NCBI GenBank assembly: GCA_022774865.1
Contig: JALFLH010000031.1
Coordinates: forward strand, 26,225-90,224
Direction of reading: 5' to 3'
Length of the DNA stretch: 64,000 bases
From: Clostridiales bacterium
GTDB lineage: Bacteria > Bacillota > Clostridia > Oscillospirales > Oscillospiraceae
The notes beneath the pieces are model-generated. The model saw only the letters and a program-made list of their open reading frames with translations, did no database searches and was not told the DNA's origin. Numbering within the stretch: the first letter of the stretch is position 1; each line of letters starts with the position of its first letter. The translations under genes were made by a program, and so were the position numbers. This document shows, piece after piece, positions 11,125 through 20,982 of this stretch.

Positions 11125-12033
11125 TCAAAATGTGCGCCAGCACTTGGTACGCATGAACTCCACGATCTCGCCGTTGTCCCGGTCCTCGTAATAGGCCACC
11201 AACAGCCGCTTGAACTCCGGTACATGGCTCTCGGGAATGACGATCAGGCCTTGCCCTTTGGAGATCATGTAGTGGTTAGCGAAAATCACCGATGCCCGCT
11301 TGTTGCCATCGTTGAAAATCTGAGTTTTCATGCAATACAAGCACAGCCGGATAGCGGTGTCCACCGGGTCAGTGCCGTCCGAAAGAATGGCATCGATGTT
11401 CTCTTTTACGCTGGTTTCGATGGGCAGGGGCGGAACATAGCTGGTGCCGCCGATGGCAACCGGCACACCCCGGATCCGGCCGCCGTCGGTATAGAAGCCC
11501 TCGTTGACCAGCTTGGCGATGTGGCAGAGGATGTAATAATCCGTAGGATAGCTCAGCACATCCTTGTCCAGAATGAACTCCCAGGCGTGTTTCAAATTCA
11601 GAATTTTCTGCACGTCGGTAGCGGTCATGCCGGATACAATACCGTTTTCGATGATGGTTTCCGTCTGGGGATAGGTGGTGGCCACACCCTCCAGAACAGC
11701 CTGATCATAGATGTTGGCTTTCATATTCGCCCGGGCGAAATCCAGATTCAGCATGACCCGGGGGGAGAGTTCCGTCTCCTCGTAACCCAGCGCAGCCAGT
11801 TCTCTTTCTACACGGCGGATGTGCTTGCGCAGCTCCCGGGATTCTCTGGCATTGCGGAGCAGAAGCTGGTACAGCTCGTCGGAATAGGCATCCACATAGG
11901 TAGAGGTCAGGCGGCTGCCCACCCGCTTGCGGACATAGAGATATTTCTGACCCTCCCGGTCCTTGATCTCCGGGGAGCCATCATAGGGAATCAGATTCAA
12001 CCGCGCCTGAAAGTCTGCCTTGACACAACCCAA
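11125..12033 (-). CDS. Fic-domain protein with a degenerate active-site motif, possibly 5'-truncated
   Basis: Fic core helix region with QIFNDGNKRAS (11290-11322) in place of HxFx(D/E)GNGR. The only in-frame start upstream of the conserved N-region is a TTG at 12033 with no RBS, and it overlaps the MFS ORF. Confidence 0.6.
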   Translation of the reverse strand: MGCVKADFQARLNLIPYDGSPEIKDREGQKYLYVRKRVGSRLTSTYVDAYSDELYQLLLRNARESRELRKHIRRVERELAALGYEETELSPRVMLNLDFARANMKANIYDQAVLEGVATTYPQTETIIENGIVSGMTATDVQKILNLKHAWEFILDKDVLSYPTDYYILCHIAKLVNEGFYTDGGRIRGVPVAIGGTSYVPPLPIETSVKENIDAILSDGTDPVDTAIRLCLYCMKTQIFNDGNKRASVIFANHYMISKGQGLIVIPESHVPEFKRLLVAYYEDRDNGEIVEFMRTKCWRTF

Positions 12034-13228
12034 GAGCGACCGTCTGGGTCATGCTGTTAATGGAGGCGCTAAAACCATCTGCGCGGATTCCGTCCTTTTC
12101 TTCCACATGATCCAGAACTTCAGCCAAATAGGAAGCCATCACATAGGTGGGAAGGCTTCCGGTGGATCGGATCAACAAACCGATAAGTACCGGAATCATC
12201 CGGTTTCCCGCGAAGAGTACAACACAGCTTCCAATAGCAGCAAGGGTGAATCCTACAATGGTTACTTTTTTCTTGCCGAATTTTCGAACCAGAGGCCAGA
12301 GCAGGGCAATGCCATAGCCCATGGGAGCCTGCCCGATCACATTGACCAGAATCTGCTTGGAAGCACCGGATTCCACAGAATTACCCAGAACCCAGTTGCA
12401 GTAGTAGATCATGGAACTGTGACTCATGGAATTGCACACATGCAGGATCATCGTAAAGGCTATGACCAGCAACCAGTACTTGTTGCGAAAGCATGCCCGA
12501 ATCTGGGCTGCGAAAGAGATCTGTTCCTGGCGGCCACTCAGTTCTTCGGTAACCCGTTCTTTGGTGAAATAGTATTCGATCAGAGTGGCAGGAATGGCAA
12601 CAACTGAGAGGCATCCCATCACGGTCAGCCAATTGCCCCGGGCGGCTTCACCCACGCCGATGAACCGAACCAGCAGGGGCATGACAACGGTGGTCAAAGC
12701 ACCGGGGAGCATGGAAATTGCCATAGAAGACAGCATAGCCAGACTGTCCCGTTGCTTGGTGTCCCGGGTGGACAGGGGGACCATCATGGCATGGCTAAGG
12801 GAATAGGTGGAGAATGCAAGAGAGAAAAACAGATTATAACTGATCACAACCCAGGCAATCTGGATACCATAGGATGCTCTGGGGACCGCATATAGCCCAA
12901 TGCCGCAGACGGTTAGTAAAACACCGGAGCAAAAAATCCATGGCCGGGCTTTGCCCTGGGCTGTTCTTGTTTTGTCGATCATACGGCCGATCCAAAGGCC
13001 TACCAGACTGCTGATGATTTTGGAGATCAAGGGCATCCATGTCAGAATGATACCAGTAATGCCCAAAACATCTGTATAGAACTGAGTCAGATAGGTTCCG
13101 GCAAGGCCATTGTAGACCATATACGCAAGGCACGGGCCAACAAAATATCCCAGAATACGCTCTGTCTTTGTGACATCTTCGGACTGGATCAGTGATTGCA
13201 GCGTTTTTCCTGAAAAGAAAGGTTTCAT
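11981..13228 (-). pseudogene. MFS / glycoside-pentoside-hexuronide-type symporter, apparently 3'-truncated
   Basis: Multi-TM GPH-like sequence (GRMIDKTRTAQGKARPWIF motif). At 415 aa it ends soon after ...INSMTQTVALGL, where a final TM helix would be expected. The tail overlaps the Fic ORF. Confidence 0.6.
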
Positions 13229-13370
13229 GGGTGATCCCCTTTCTGCAATGATGAATAGAACAAATTTGGCAACATGTGTTGAAAAACTGTTCTGCCCATA
13301 TTATAATTAGAGAAAAGGCGAAAAACAACCAACAAATCTTTTTTGAGTGTTGCCAAAAGGGGAGAAATAC

Positions 13371-13925
13371 ATGGATATCCGCAGCCAACGAACCAGACAG
13401 AATATATGTGATTGTTTCATCCATTTGCTGAATGAAAAAACTGTAGCGAAAATCACGGTAACAGAGATTTGTGAAATGGCACATATCAACCGTGCCACCT
13501 TTTACAAGCACTTTCTTGATGTGCCTGACCTGTTGGAAAACCTGACGCAGCAGGTGCTTGCCGAACTGCAGCAATTTCTGGAACAGCATCCGCAGAGACA
13601 ATTTGAGGAAATGATATTGGACATCCTGTGCTACATGAAGCAAAACGGTCAACGGTATCTGGCACTGGGTTCTGAAAAAGCCGATCCCAACCTGGCTGCC
13701 AAAACTTTCGCCATGTGTTATCAAAGTGTATTTCCTGTTTTGGAAAAGCAGCTGCCCCGGCAGAATCCAGAGCAAAAGAAGCTTCTGTATTACTATTTAT
13801 CTCAGGGCTGCGGCGGAGTACTCTCCCACTGGCTCAGCAGTGGTATGAAACAGGAACCGCAGGAAATTGCGAACTTTATTATGCGTGCCAGCATCCATAC
13901 CGTCCGTGGATTTCAGGAAGAATAA
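13371..13925 (+). CDS. TetR/AcrR-family transcriptional regulator
   Basis: N-terminal HTH (ITVTEICEMAHINRATFYKHF). Divergent from the MFS gene. Start at ATG 13371 with an AAAGGGGAG RBS. Confidence 0.85.
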   Translation: MDIRSQRTRQNICDCFIHLLNEKTVAKITVTEICEMAHINRATFYKHFLDVPDLLENLTQQVLAELQQFLEQHPQRQFEEMILDILCYMKQNGQRYLALGSEKADPNLAAKTFAMCYQSVFPVLEKQLPRQNPEQKKLLYYYLSQGCGGVLSHWLSSGMKQEPQEIANFIMRASIHTVRGFQEE

Positions 13926-13995
13926 GAAAGACCGCCGAAAGCGTGTGCGCCAGAGTGTTAAACAGAATAACATTCGGTTGACACCGTCAAGCGGC

Positions 13996-14046
13996 AAAAA
14001 AGCAGCAGCCACATGGAATTGTTCCGTGTGGCCGCTGCTTTTTGCT
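13996..14046 (+). terminator. rho-independent terminator after the TetR gene
   Basis: Stem GCAGCAGCCACA / TGTGGCCGCTGC (one mismatch) followed by TTTTTGCTTTT. Confidence 0.6.
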
Positions 14047-14113
14047 TTTAGGTCTGGGCTTTTTCAGTTTTCGCTGGCTTGTTTGTTGTAACAAACGCAA
14101 GGAGGAAAACACA

Positions 14114-14449
14114 ATGACAATCGAAAAAGCAAACAAGGACTTCAACCAGCTCATTGAGAAGAACGGCTTCACTAACACCGGCGCCATGACGCCTACCGGC
14201 TGCGAGGTATACAGCCGCGAATGGAACTGCAAAGTGCAGGTCGCTTGGTACGGTGAGAGCACCGATACACTCGTGATCAAAATCTGGATCAGCTACGGCA
14301 TCCCAATGGTGTGGGTAATCCGAAACGGGCGGATCGAAGATCGCATCCGGGACTACAGCAGCCCGAAGCGGGCTATGAACGCCATCGCAGAAATCGTGAG
14401 ATATGCCGGATTTGAGATGCAAGCTGCAAAAGAGTTACATCGAGAGTAA
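14114..14449 (+). CDS. hypothetical small protein (111 aa)
   Basis: ATG 14114 preceded by AAGGAGGAAAA. Followed by the hairpin TTAGCCTAAT..ATTAGGCTAA (14471-14505) and a T-run. No family recognised. Confidence 0.5.
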   Translation: MTIEKANKDFNQLIEKNGFTNTGAMTPTGCEVYSREWNCKVQVAWYGESTDTLVIKIWISYGIPMVWVIRNGRIEDRIRDYSSPKRAMNAIAEIVRYAGFEMQAAKELHRE

Positions 14450-14519
14450 ACTCGGCTCAATATTAAATTGTTAGCCTAATTTGTCTACCAGACAGATTAG
14501 GCTAATTGCTTTTTGTAAA

Positions 14520-15255
14520 AAAGGCAACCACCGACGCCGGTGGACATAAAGAGTTCCACTTATGGATAGAAAAAGAAAACCTCCGATGATAGAGTAGTGT
14601 CAGGTTCGCCAACCGACAACAGACAAAATCAAAGGAGGTTATCCAAATGGATAAAGATAGTTTAGCACAAAGTAAGTGGAACTGCAAATACCATATTGTG
14701 TTTGCGTCGAAATACCGACGCCAGATAGGCTATAAGCAAATCTCAGCAGACATAGGGCAGATCATCCGCGCCCTGTGCGCAAGAAACGGGATAGAAATTC
14801 TCGAGGCAGCAGCAATGCCGGATCACATACACCTGTATGTGAAGATACCGCCAAAGTATAGCGTGTCAGAGGTAATGGGATATCTGAAAGGAAAGAGCAG
14901 TCTGATGATCTTCGACCGGCATGCGAATCTGAGGTACAAGTACGGAAACCGGCATTTCTGGTGCCGCGGCTACTATGTGGACACGGTAGGGCGTAATGAG
15001 AAGGCAATACAGGAATATGTACGGAATCAGTTGCAAGAGGATGTAGCCGCGGACCAGATCCGTCTGAAAGAATTTACCGACCCGTTTACAGGTGAGCCAG
15101 TAAGCAAGGGCAAATAAAGAGCCGCCCCCCTAGAAGGGGGCAGCCCGTAATAGTGCTGCGATTGGCGAACTTTTTTCATGCGCCTTGAGGCGCGGTTGTC
15201 CTACGCCCTTATAGGGCTTGTGCAAGCCACCGGCTACGCTGGTGGTCTTGACCTA
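14520..15255 (+). mobile_element. IS200/IS605-family insertion sequence (tnpA only); boundaries approximate
   Basis: Y1 transposase flanked by short subterminal hairpins: CCACCG..CGGTGG at about 14528-14545, and CCCCC..GGGGG, GCGCC..GGCGC, CCACC..GGTGG at 15125-15245. Confidence 0.6.
14647..15117 (+). CDS. tnpA: IS200/IS605 family Y1 (HUH) transposase TnpA
   Basis: HUH motif PDHIHLYV, catalytic Tyr region FWCRGYYVDTVG, 156 aa, RBS AAAGGAGG. Confidence 0.92.
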   Translation: MDKDSLAQSKWNCKYHIVFASKYRRQIGYKQISADIGQIIRALCARNGIEILEAAAMPDHIHLYVKIPPKYSVSEVMGYLKGKSSLMIFDRHANLRYKYGNRHFWCRGYYVDTVGRNEKAIQEYVRNQLQEDVAADQIRLKEFTDPFTGEPVSKGK

Positions 15256-15265
15256 TGCAGGCGGA

Positions 15266-16090
15266 TCAGTCGTTGTGTTCCTTCCGGTATTCGGCAACAA
15301 CTTCCATGAAGTCTTTGACGCGCTGCGGGTCGATGTGATTTTCAAAAACGCCGTCCACCTTGAACGTTGTCCCAACAAGCGCACCGTCAGAAATGTCGAG
15401 CTTTTGCTTGATGTTGTCACGGCGGCAGCCGGTGGCAGCAAAAACTGGAACACCCCGGCCTTTGATCGCCTCACGCACATCTTCGATCAGCGTGCTGTTC
15501 GCCTCGATCCCGGCATGGGCGCCGGTCATGCAGAAGGCGTCCGGCTTGCAGTCAAAAATGATGGCCTTAGCCAGTTCCGGATATTTTACGGGTACAAGGT
15601 TGTCGTCCGATTCGTTGTTGAGAAAATAAAGAAGCCGGCAGTTGTCCAGACCGAGCGCCTTTTTGCGGCGGAGGATCTTGGAGGTATCGATATCCGAGAT
15701 GCCCTCCACGCCAACGTAAGCGCCGGTAAAAGTACCGCGGATAAAGCTCGCGTCAACCGCGGCGGCAAGATCAAGCGCTGCCATGGGGTCGCACTCCAGA
15801 TCGATGCCGTAAGGCACAGTGATTTCGCTCATCAATTCGCCAATGACGCGAGCCATGCCGCACGGCTGAACCGGGTCAACATCGCTCTGATACGGCAGAC
15901 TGAATTCGTTGGAAAAAAGAATGCCGTCAACGCCGCCATCCTGCAGCGCGTGCAGATCGCGGCGGGCATCTTCCACGGTTTTTTTCATGGAATCGCCCTT
16001 TTTGTATAATGGATCGCCGGGGAATGCATTGAGATGCAGCAGCGCAATAACGGGTTTTTCGTGACCAAACAGCTCTTTGCACCAGCTCAT
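15266..16090 (-). CDS. BtpA/SgcQ-family TIM-barrel protein
   Basis: KPVIALLHLNAFPGDPLY N-terminus and overall BtpA/SgcQ family pattern, 274 aa. Last gene of the minus-strand operon. Confidence 0.75.
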   Translation of the reverse strand: MSWCKELFGHEKPVIALLHLNAFPGDPLYKKGDSMKKTVEDARRDLHALQDGGVDGILFSNEFSLPYQSDVDPVQPCGMARVIGELMSEITVPYGIDLECDPMAALDLAAAVDASFIRGTFTGAYVGVEGISDIDTSKILRRKKALGLDNCRLLYFLNNESDDNLVPVKYPELAKAIIFDCKPDAFCMTGAHAGIEANSTLIEDVREAIKGRGVPVFAATGCRRDNIKQKLDISDGALVGTTFKVDGVFENHIDPQRVKDFMEVVAEYRKEHND

Positions 16091-16229
16091 TTTCTATTCC
16101 TCCCTGTATAAATGCAAATAAGATAAACAATTTACGATCTCATTGTACCACTCTACGTACTATATGTCATTCGCCGAAGAGCTTAGCTGTTTGACGTGCG
16201 CTCCTCTTGTTGACCGATGCTTCCTATGT

Positions 16230-17102
16230 TCAATGCTCCGCATCGACCCAGCGGCAGCGGCGCAGCCATTCCGCCGTTTTCCTTGTCGCGGCATCGGGAT
16301 CATCAAAATACATTTGGTTGTTGATCTCCATGGTGATCGTACCGGTATAATTGTGCCGTACCAGCGTTTCGAGATATCCCTCTACATCGTTGGTTCCTTC
16401 ACCGGGAACCATGTGCCCCTCCGGGCAGCCGTCCGCCAGATGAAGGTGGTTGATCGTTCCAAACGTTTCAAAATAGGATTCAACCGTTTCGTTGCCTGCG
16501 GCGGCGGCAACGCAGTCAATGCATGCCGTGAGATTGGGTGAGCCGACGGCGTCGATTAGCCGTTTAAGCGTCGTTTTATCGTAGCACAGATTGGATTCAT
16601 AACGCTGCAGCTGCTCCATCACCATTTTAACGCCCAGTTTTTCCGCATAGGCATTAATCTCACGCAGCGATTCAATCGACCGGTCATATGCCGCCGCCTC
16701 GTCCTCGTCAAACAGGCAATAGCCCATCTGTGGGAAGAAATAGATCGCACCGAGTGCCTTGGTGTCCTCCAGATACCCTTTTACGATTTCCAGGCTGTTT
16801 CGCCGTACATATGGGTTGGAAGACGCGACATTGATGGGGTACAGGCAAATCTGCTCTGCGGTGAAAACCGAGACCTTCAGGCCGTTGTCGTCCAGCATGC
16901 GGCGGATCTCGCCGATGCGCCGGTCACGCTGCCCGGGGGCAGTGTCAAAATAGCTGTAGTGCGGTGCGCCGCCCCAGAGATCAACGTAGCGGAAGCCCGC
17001 TTTTGCGATGGATGCGAGCGCATATTCGAGACTATAGAGCTGATAGTTGACGCTCATTACGCCAAACTGCGAAAATTTCAGTTTATCCATCGTTCCCCTC
17101 AT
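16230..17102 (-). CDS. sugar-phosphate isomerase/epimerase (xylose-isomerase-like TIM barrel), FrlC-like
   Basis: VDLWGGAPH and HLHLADG..GHMVPGEG match the layout of fructoselysine 3-epimerase FrlC. ATGA overlap with the upstream gene. Confidence 0.8.
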   Translation of the reverse strand: MRGTMDKLKFSQFGVMSVNYQLYSLEYALASIAKAGFRYVDLWGGAPHYSYFDTAPGQRDRRIGEIRRMLDDNGLKVSVFTAEQICLYPINVASSNPYVRRNSLEIVKGYLEDTKALGAIYFFPQMGYCLFDEDEAAAYDRSIESLREINAYAEKLGVKMVMEQLQRYESNLCYDKTTLKRLIDAVGSPNLTACIDCVAAAAGNETVESYFETFGTINHLHLADGCPEGHMVPGEGTNDVEGYLETLVRHNYTGTITMEINNQMYFDDPDAATRKTAEWLRRCRWVDAEH

Positions 17103-17935
17103 TTCCAGAGCTGCTGCAGGACCTGCAGCGTTTTTTCATAGCTCTCATCCGGTGCATCCGCGTATTCCTCCATGGTGACTTCCAGCGTTATGGGGCCGGT
17201 GAAATCGTATTTCTCCATGGCTGCAAGGTGCGCGGCGATGTCCTGTGTGCCGTCGCCGAGGATGAACTGTTCGTCTTCGTCGTCGCTGTCAGAAAGCTGC
17301 ACAGCCCGTATCCGGGAGCCAAAGCGGCGGAAATAATCCTCCAGCGTTTCGCCGCCGGCTACTACGGCGCAGGTGTTCACGCTCAGCGCCAGACGCTCAT
17401 CTCCAACTCGCTCAAGTATCTCCGCCACCGCATTGCTGTTGGGCGTCATACCGGAAATGCAGGAGGAAACGTTTTGCAGCAGGATCGTCACGCCTTTTTC
17501 TCCGGCGTAGCCGCAAAGCTCACGCAGACACTCGCAGGCGTAGCTCAGCATTTCCTCATGCGGCTTGTCCATGGCGTTTTTGCCCGGATAGACCACCACC
17601 ATGCCGCAGCCGAGATATGGGGCACAGTCGATATAAAATTTCAGCTGCTCCATGCTCTTTTCACGCAGGAACGAGTCCGCGGAAGCAATATTGATCGGGA
17701 GAAAGTTCTGCTCCGGTTCGATGACCGGCACCGTGATGCCAGCCTCGCGGATCTGCCGGGCAAAAGCTGCGGGGTCGAAGCGCTCCTGCTCATAGATCGT
17801 GAAGTGCGGATGGCAGCCGCTCAGCTCAACTCTCGTCAGGCCGAGCCTTCGCACGGCGCGGAGAAAGTAGGAAAGGGAATACCGTCGGTAGGTCATATTG
17901 CTGATACCGACGCGCTCTTGAATCGTGCCTTTCAT
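17099..17935 (-). CDS. second sugar-phosphate isomerase/epimerase (xylose-isomerase-like TIM barrel)
   Basis: AP_endonuc_2-type pattern (VELSGCHPH, VQLSDSDDEDEQFILGDG), 278 aa. Confidence 0.8.
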   Translation of the reverse strand: MKGTIQERVGISNMTYRRYSLSYFLRAVRRLGLTRVELSGCHPHFTIYEQERFDPAAFARQIREAGITVPVIEPEQNFLPINIASADSFLREKSMEQLKFYIDCAPYLGCGMVVVYPGKNAMDKPHEEMLSYACECLRELCGYAGEKGVTILLQNVSSCISGMTPNSNAVAEILERVGDERLALSVNTCAVVAGGETLEDYFRRFGSRIRAVQLSDSDDEDEQFILGDGTQDIAAHLAAMEKYDFTGPITLEVTMEEYADAPDESYEKTLQVLQQLWK

Positions 17936-17952
17936 TTTTTCTTCCTTTCTTT

Positions 17953-18381
17953 TTATTCGCCCAGGATTACAAGAGAAATCGTGCGTTCCTGAGGACCGTC
18001 AAACTCTGCAAGGTATATTTCCTGCGCGCGGCCACAGACAATTTCTCCGTCTAAGATGGGGAGAACGCAGTGATTGCCAGAGAGCATGGATTTCAGATGT
18101 CCTGTCGGGTTTCCTGCCATGGCTCCGTATTCTCGAAGGAACCGCGCATGATAGTATTCACCATCCTCGGGGAAAAGCAGACCGAGCTGGCGGAGAATAT
18201 CGTCTTCCAGACATTCAAGTTTTTCGTTAATCATTATGCCGGTGGTCGTATGCTGCGTAATGACATACGCAACACCGTTGTCGACCCCCGACAGTCTCAC
18301 CTCCCGGCGGACATCCGCGCTTATGGGCAGGAGCTGGTTATATGCTTTGGTCATGTATTCCAGTGCAACATGCTTTACCAT
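17953..18381 (-). CDS. YjbQ/UPF0047 family protein (secondary thiamine-phosphate synthase-like)
   Basis: HTTTGIMINE and GHLKSMLSG motifs typical of YjbQ, 142 aa. Confidence 0.8.
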   Translation of the reverse strand: MVKHVALEYMTKAYNQLLPISADVRREVRLSGVDNGVAYVITQHTTTGIMINEKLECLEDDILRQLGLLFPEDGEYYHARFLREYGAMAGNPTGHLKSMLSGNHCVLPILDGEIVCGRAQEIYLAEFDGPQERTISLVILGE

Positions 18382-19232
18382 TACAGTGCCTCCCCAATAA
18401 ACTCCAACGCATTCCCGCCGAAAATCAGCTCTCGTGTGCTCTCACGCATATCCATATTCCGCAGTGCCTTTATCATACGCCGCTGTTCCAGCCGCGGGTC
18501 ATCCGAGCCGAACATAATCTGATGTCGCAGGCTGCGGTCAATCCACCCGGGGCCGATATCCACTTCCAGACACTGATGATAAAACTGGCGCGGATCGTCG
18601 AAATACAGCATGGCTGTGTCCGTATACACATTCGGATATTTGAGCATAAGCATGCACACCTCACGCACCCACGGCCAACCAAAGTGTGCAAGGCACATGC
18701 GGAGCTTTGGATACCGGAATGCCACCTCTTCAAATTCCAACGGATGTGAATGCTTTGTGAGTGTTCCCGGCTCCATGGATACGCCGGCATGGAATATGAT
18801 GGGCTTATCGTACCGCAGGCAGATCTCATAGAGCGGCGTGAGCAGCTCATCCGATGGGGAAAAATGCTGCTTGGACGGATGAAGCTTCAACCCTTTCAGG
18901 CCAAGCTGCGCAAAGGCGTACTCCAACTCCTCTGCCGCTGCGGCGGAATGCGGATCCACGCTGGCAAAGCCGACGAATTTCCCGGGACGCAGCCGCACAA
19001 GGTCTGCAATCTGGCAGTTTGTGACAAGTGCGCCACCGCGGCTCTCCGGCAACGCAAGCGGAAGAAGAAACAGCTTATCTATTCCGGATTCCGCCATATC
19101 CGCATCCCATTGCCGAAGACCAAAGGCTTCGGTTTTATAAAGTCCCATCTCCTGCGCGTTACGCCGGTACTTTTCTTCTCCGAGATTCAGCTCCTCTATG
19201 AATGCCGGATGGACGTGGGCGTCAATCAGCAA
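18381..19232 (-). CDS. amidohydrolase-2 family metal-dependent hydrolase
   Basis: LIDAHVHP metal-binding motif near the N-terminus. Start placed at TTG 19232, 10 nt after GGAAAGGAGG. The ORF-track start at 19328 would overlap the upstream kinase by 107 nt. Confidence 0.75.
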   Translation of the reverse strand: MLIDAHVHPAFIEELNLGEEKYRRNAQEMGLYKTEAFGLRQWDADMAESGIDKLFLLPLALPESRGGALVTNCQIADLVRLRPGKFVGFASVDPHSAAAAEELEYAFAQLGLKGLKLHPSKQHFSPSDELLTPLYEICLRYDKPIIFHAGVSMEPGTLTKHSHPLEFEEVAFRYPKLRMCLAHFGWPWVREVCMLMLKYPNVYTDTAMLYFDDPRQFYHQCLEVDIGPGWIDRSLRHQIMFGSDDPRLEQRRMIKALRNMDMRESTRELIFGGNALEFIGEAL

Positions 19233-20031
19233 CTTGCATCGGCCTCCTTTCCCAGGGATCAAAGATGGACACGACCTGAGCGGAGACGGCAGCGCCCTGT
19301 TCCAAGCATTTTTCGACCGACCAGCCACGCAGAACTCCGTTCATGAATCCCGCGATAAACGAATCGCCGGCGCCGACCGTGTTTTCCACTGTGGTCGGGA
19401 ACACACCAAAGCTGTGAAACTGTTCGCCGTCCCATGCGAGGCTGCCTTTGTCACCGAATGTGGCGACCGCAGTTTTCGCACCGCGCCGCACCTTGTCTTT
19501 CAGATACTCCTCCGTTTCCGCCGTGTGCTCCACGAAGGAAAAAAAGGCGTAGTCCACATAGGGGATCGTCTGCTCCACCAGCGGATCGGTCAGCTCGTCG
19601 GCATAATCAAAGCTGATTTTTGTTCCGGATTCGTGAATCTGCGGAAGATGCTCTGTGGCATTGCCCCATATTGCCGTATGCACGAGATCGTGATCACAGA
19701 CGAAACGGATATCCTCCGCGTCGAACTCCACGTTTTCCATGACGCCCTCGACATAGTCGCCGTAGGTGCGCTCCCGGTCGATGAGATCCATATATGAAAC
19801 GGCTGTCAGGCCGGGCGCAACTTTGAGATGGCTGGTATCAATATCCTCCATTTTAAGCTCCCGGACGAGCTGCCGGCCGAAAACGTCATCGCCCGTGGTA
19901 CTAATCACCGAGGTGGGTATGCCGAGCCGCTGCATATGCACGGCGAAGTCGACGACGTTGCCTGTGCAGTAATACCGGCCCAGGCGCGGGTAAATATCCA
20001 CGCAGTTATCGCCTAATGCTGCAACCTTCAT
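19222..20031 (-). CDS. PfkB-family kinase, fructoselysine 6-kinase (FrlD)-like
   Basis: MKVAALGDNCVDIYP, YGDYVEGVM, AIWG and TVGAGDSFIAGF line up with E. coli FrlD motifs. Start at ATG 20031 with a GAGAGGAGAG RBS. Confidence 0.8.
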   Translation of the reverse strand: MKVAALGDNCVDIYPRLGRYYCTGNVVDFAVHMQRLGIPTSVISTTGDDVFGRQLVRELKMEDIDTSHLKVAPGLTAVSYMDLIDRERTYGDYVEGVMENVEFDAEDIRFVCDHDLVHTAIWGNATEHLPQIHESGTKISFDYADELTDPLVEQTIPYVDYAFFSFVEHTAETEEYLKDKVRRGAKTAVATFGDKGSLAWDGEQFHSFGVFPTTVENTVGAGDSFIAGFMNGVLRGWSVEKCLEQGAAVSAQVVSIFDPWERRPMQVAD

Positions 20032-20044
20032 CTTTTCTCTCCTC

Positions 20045-20911
20045 TCAAACTCCATTGGCTTCTATAGCCGCTCCAAATCCGAACGCGCCCTCGGTCAGAC
20101 AGTTGTCCGCGGCAAAATCGGCGGCATAATCAAAGCATTCCTGCAGCGCGTCTTCACCGAGGCGCACACCGTGCTGCCAGCCTTTCCGGAGCATGGAAAC
20201 CATAAAGGCCGTAAAAAAGCTGTCTCCCGCGCCCATCGTGTCCACCGGCGTTATGGTCTTGACGCAGCCGTCGTAAAATCTGCTTCCATCATAGAGAAGC
20301 TGTCCGTGCATGCCCATGGTGGCCAGGACATAGGAAACGCCCTTTGCCGATACGCGGCTCAGCAGCTTCTCGATCTCGCCGCGGGTCATGTCCTCACAGG
20401 AAAAGAGCGCAAAATCCAACACCGGGCAGAGCGCGTTCAGATATTTCTCCGTGCGGAACTCGTCCTCCTCAGAAAAATCGAACGCCACCAGCGGCCCCAA
20501 TCCGAGCAGCTTTTGCAGCTCGTCCTCGGTCTCCGCATAGCAGCTGGAGTGGATAAGATCAAAGCCCGCCAGATACTTCAGCTCCTCCTCACCCAACGGC
20601 AGTGAGCCGTGGAGGTTTTCCCGCTCATCCTCGCCGCAGAAAACGCGCTCGCCATCGATGAGCTCCACATCGCAGTGCTCCGTCACGCTGCCAGGCTCCG
20701 CACGACAGTAGTCCGTGGAAACACCCAGCTTGTCCAGTGCGCCGCGAATCAGATCTGCTTCGGCGTCCTCGCCGAACGCGCCGAGATAAGCGCTTTCCGC
20801 GCCTGCGCGTTTGGCATATACTGCGAAATTGATGCAGTTTCCGCCGGGGAACATCCGGTTCTTGTTGACGTATCTGTCAACCACATTATCTCCGTAGCCA
20901 ACGACTCTCAT
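20045..20911 (-). CDS. second PfkB-family carbohydrate kinase
   Basis: MRVVGYGDNVVDRY..GGNCINFAV and DTMGAGDSFFTAF. Start at the internal ATG 20911; the long N-terminal extension in the track is Arg/Lys-rich junk. Confidence 0.8.
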   Translation of the reverse strand: MRVVGYGDNVVDRYVNKNRMFPGGNCINFAVYAKRAGAESAYLGAFGEDAEADLIRGALDKLGVSTDYCRAEPGSVTEHCDVELIDGERVFCGEDERENLHGSLPLGEEELKYLAGFDLIHSSCYAETEDELQKLLGLGPLVAFDFSEEDEFRTEKYLNALCPVLDFALFSCEDMTRGEIEKLLSRVSAKGVSYVLATMGMHGQLLYDGSRFYDGCVKTITPVDTMGAGDSFFTAFMVSMLRKGWQHGVRLGEDALQECFDYAADFAADNCLTEGAFGFGAAIEANGV

Positions 20912-20982
20912 AGTTTTCCTATTCCTTTCATTTTTGCGGCGCGGGACACCGATGCGCGCACCGGCGTTCCGTGGCCATTCGG

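Noticed and set aside
12834-13775. A 313-aa minus-strand ORF spanning the MFS/TetR intergenic region.
   Set aside because: It overlaps both the MFS 5' end and the well-supported TetR gene on the opposite strand, and it has no family resemblance.
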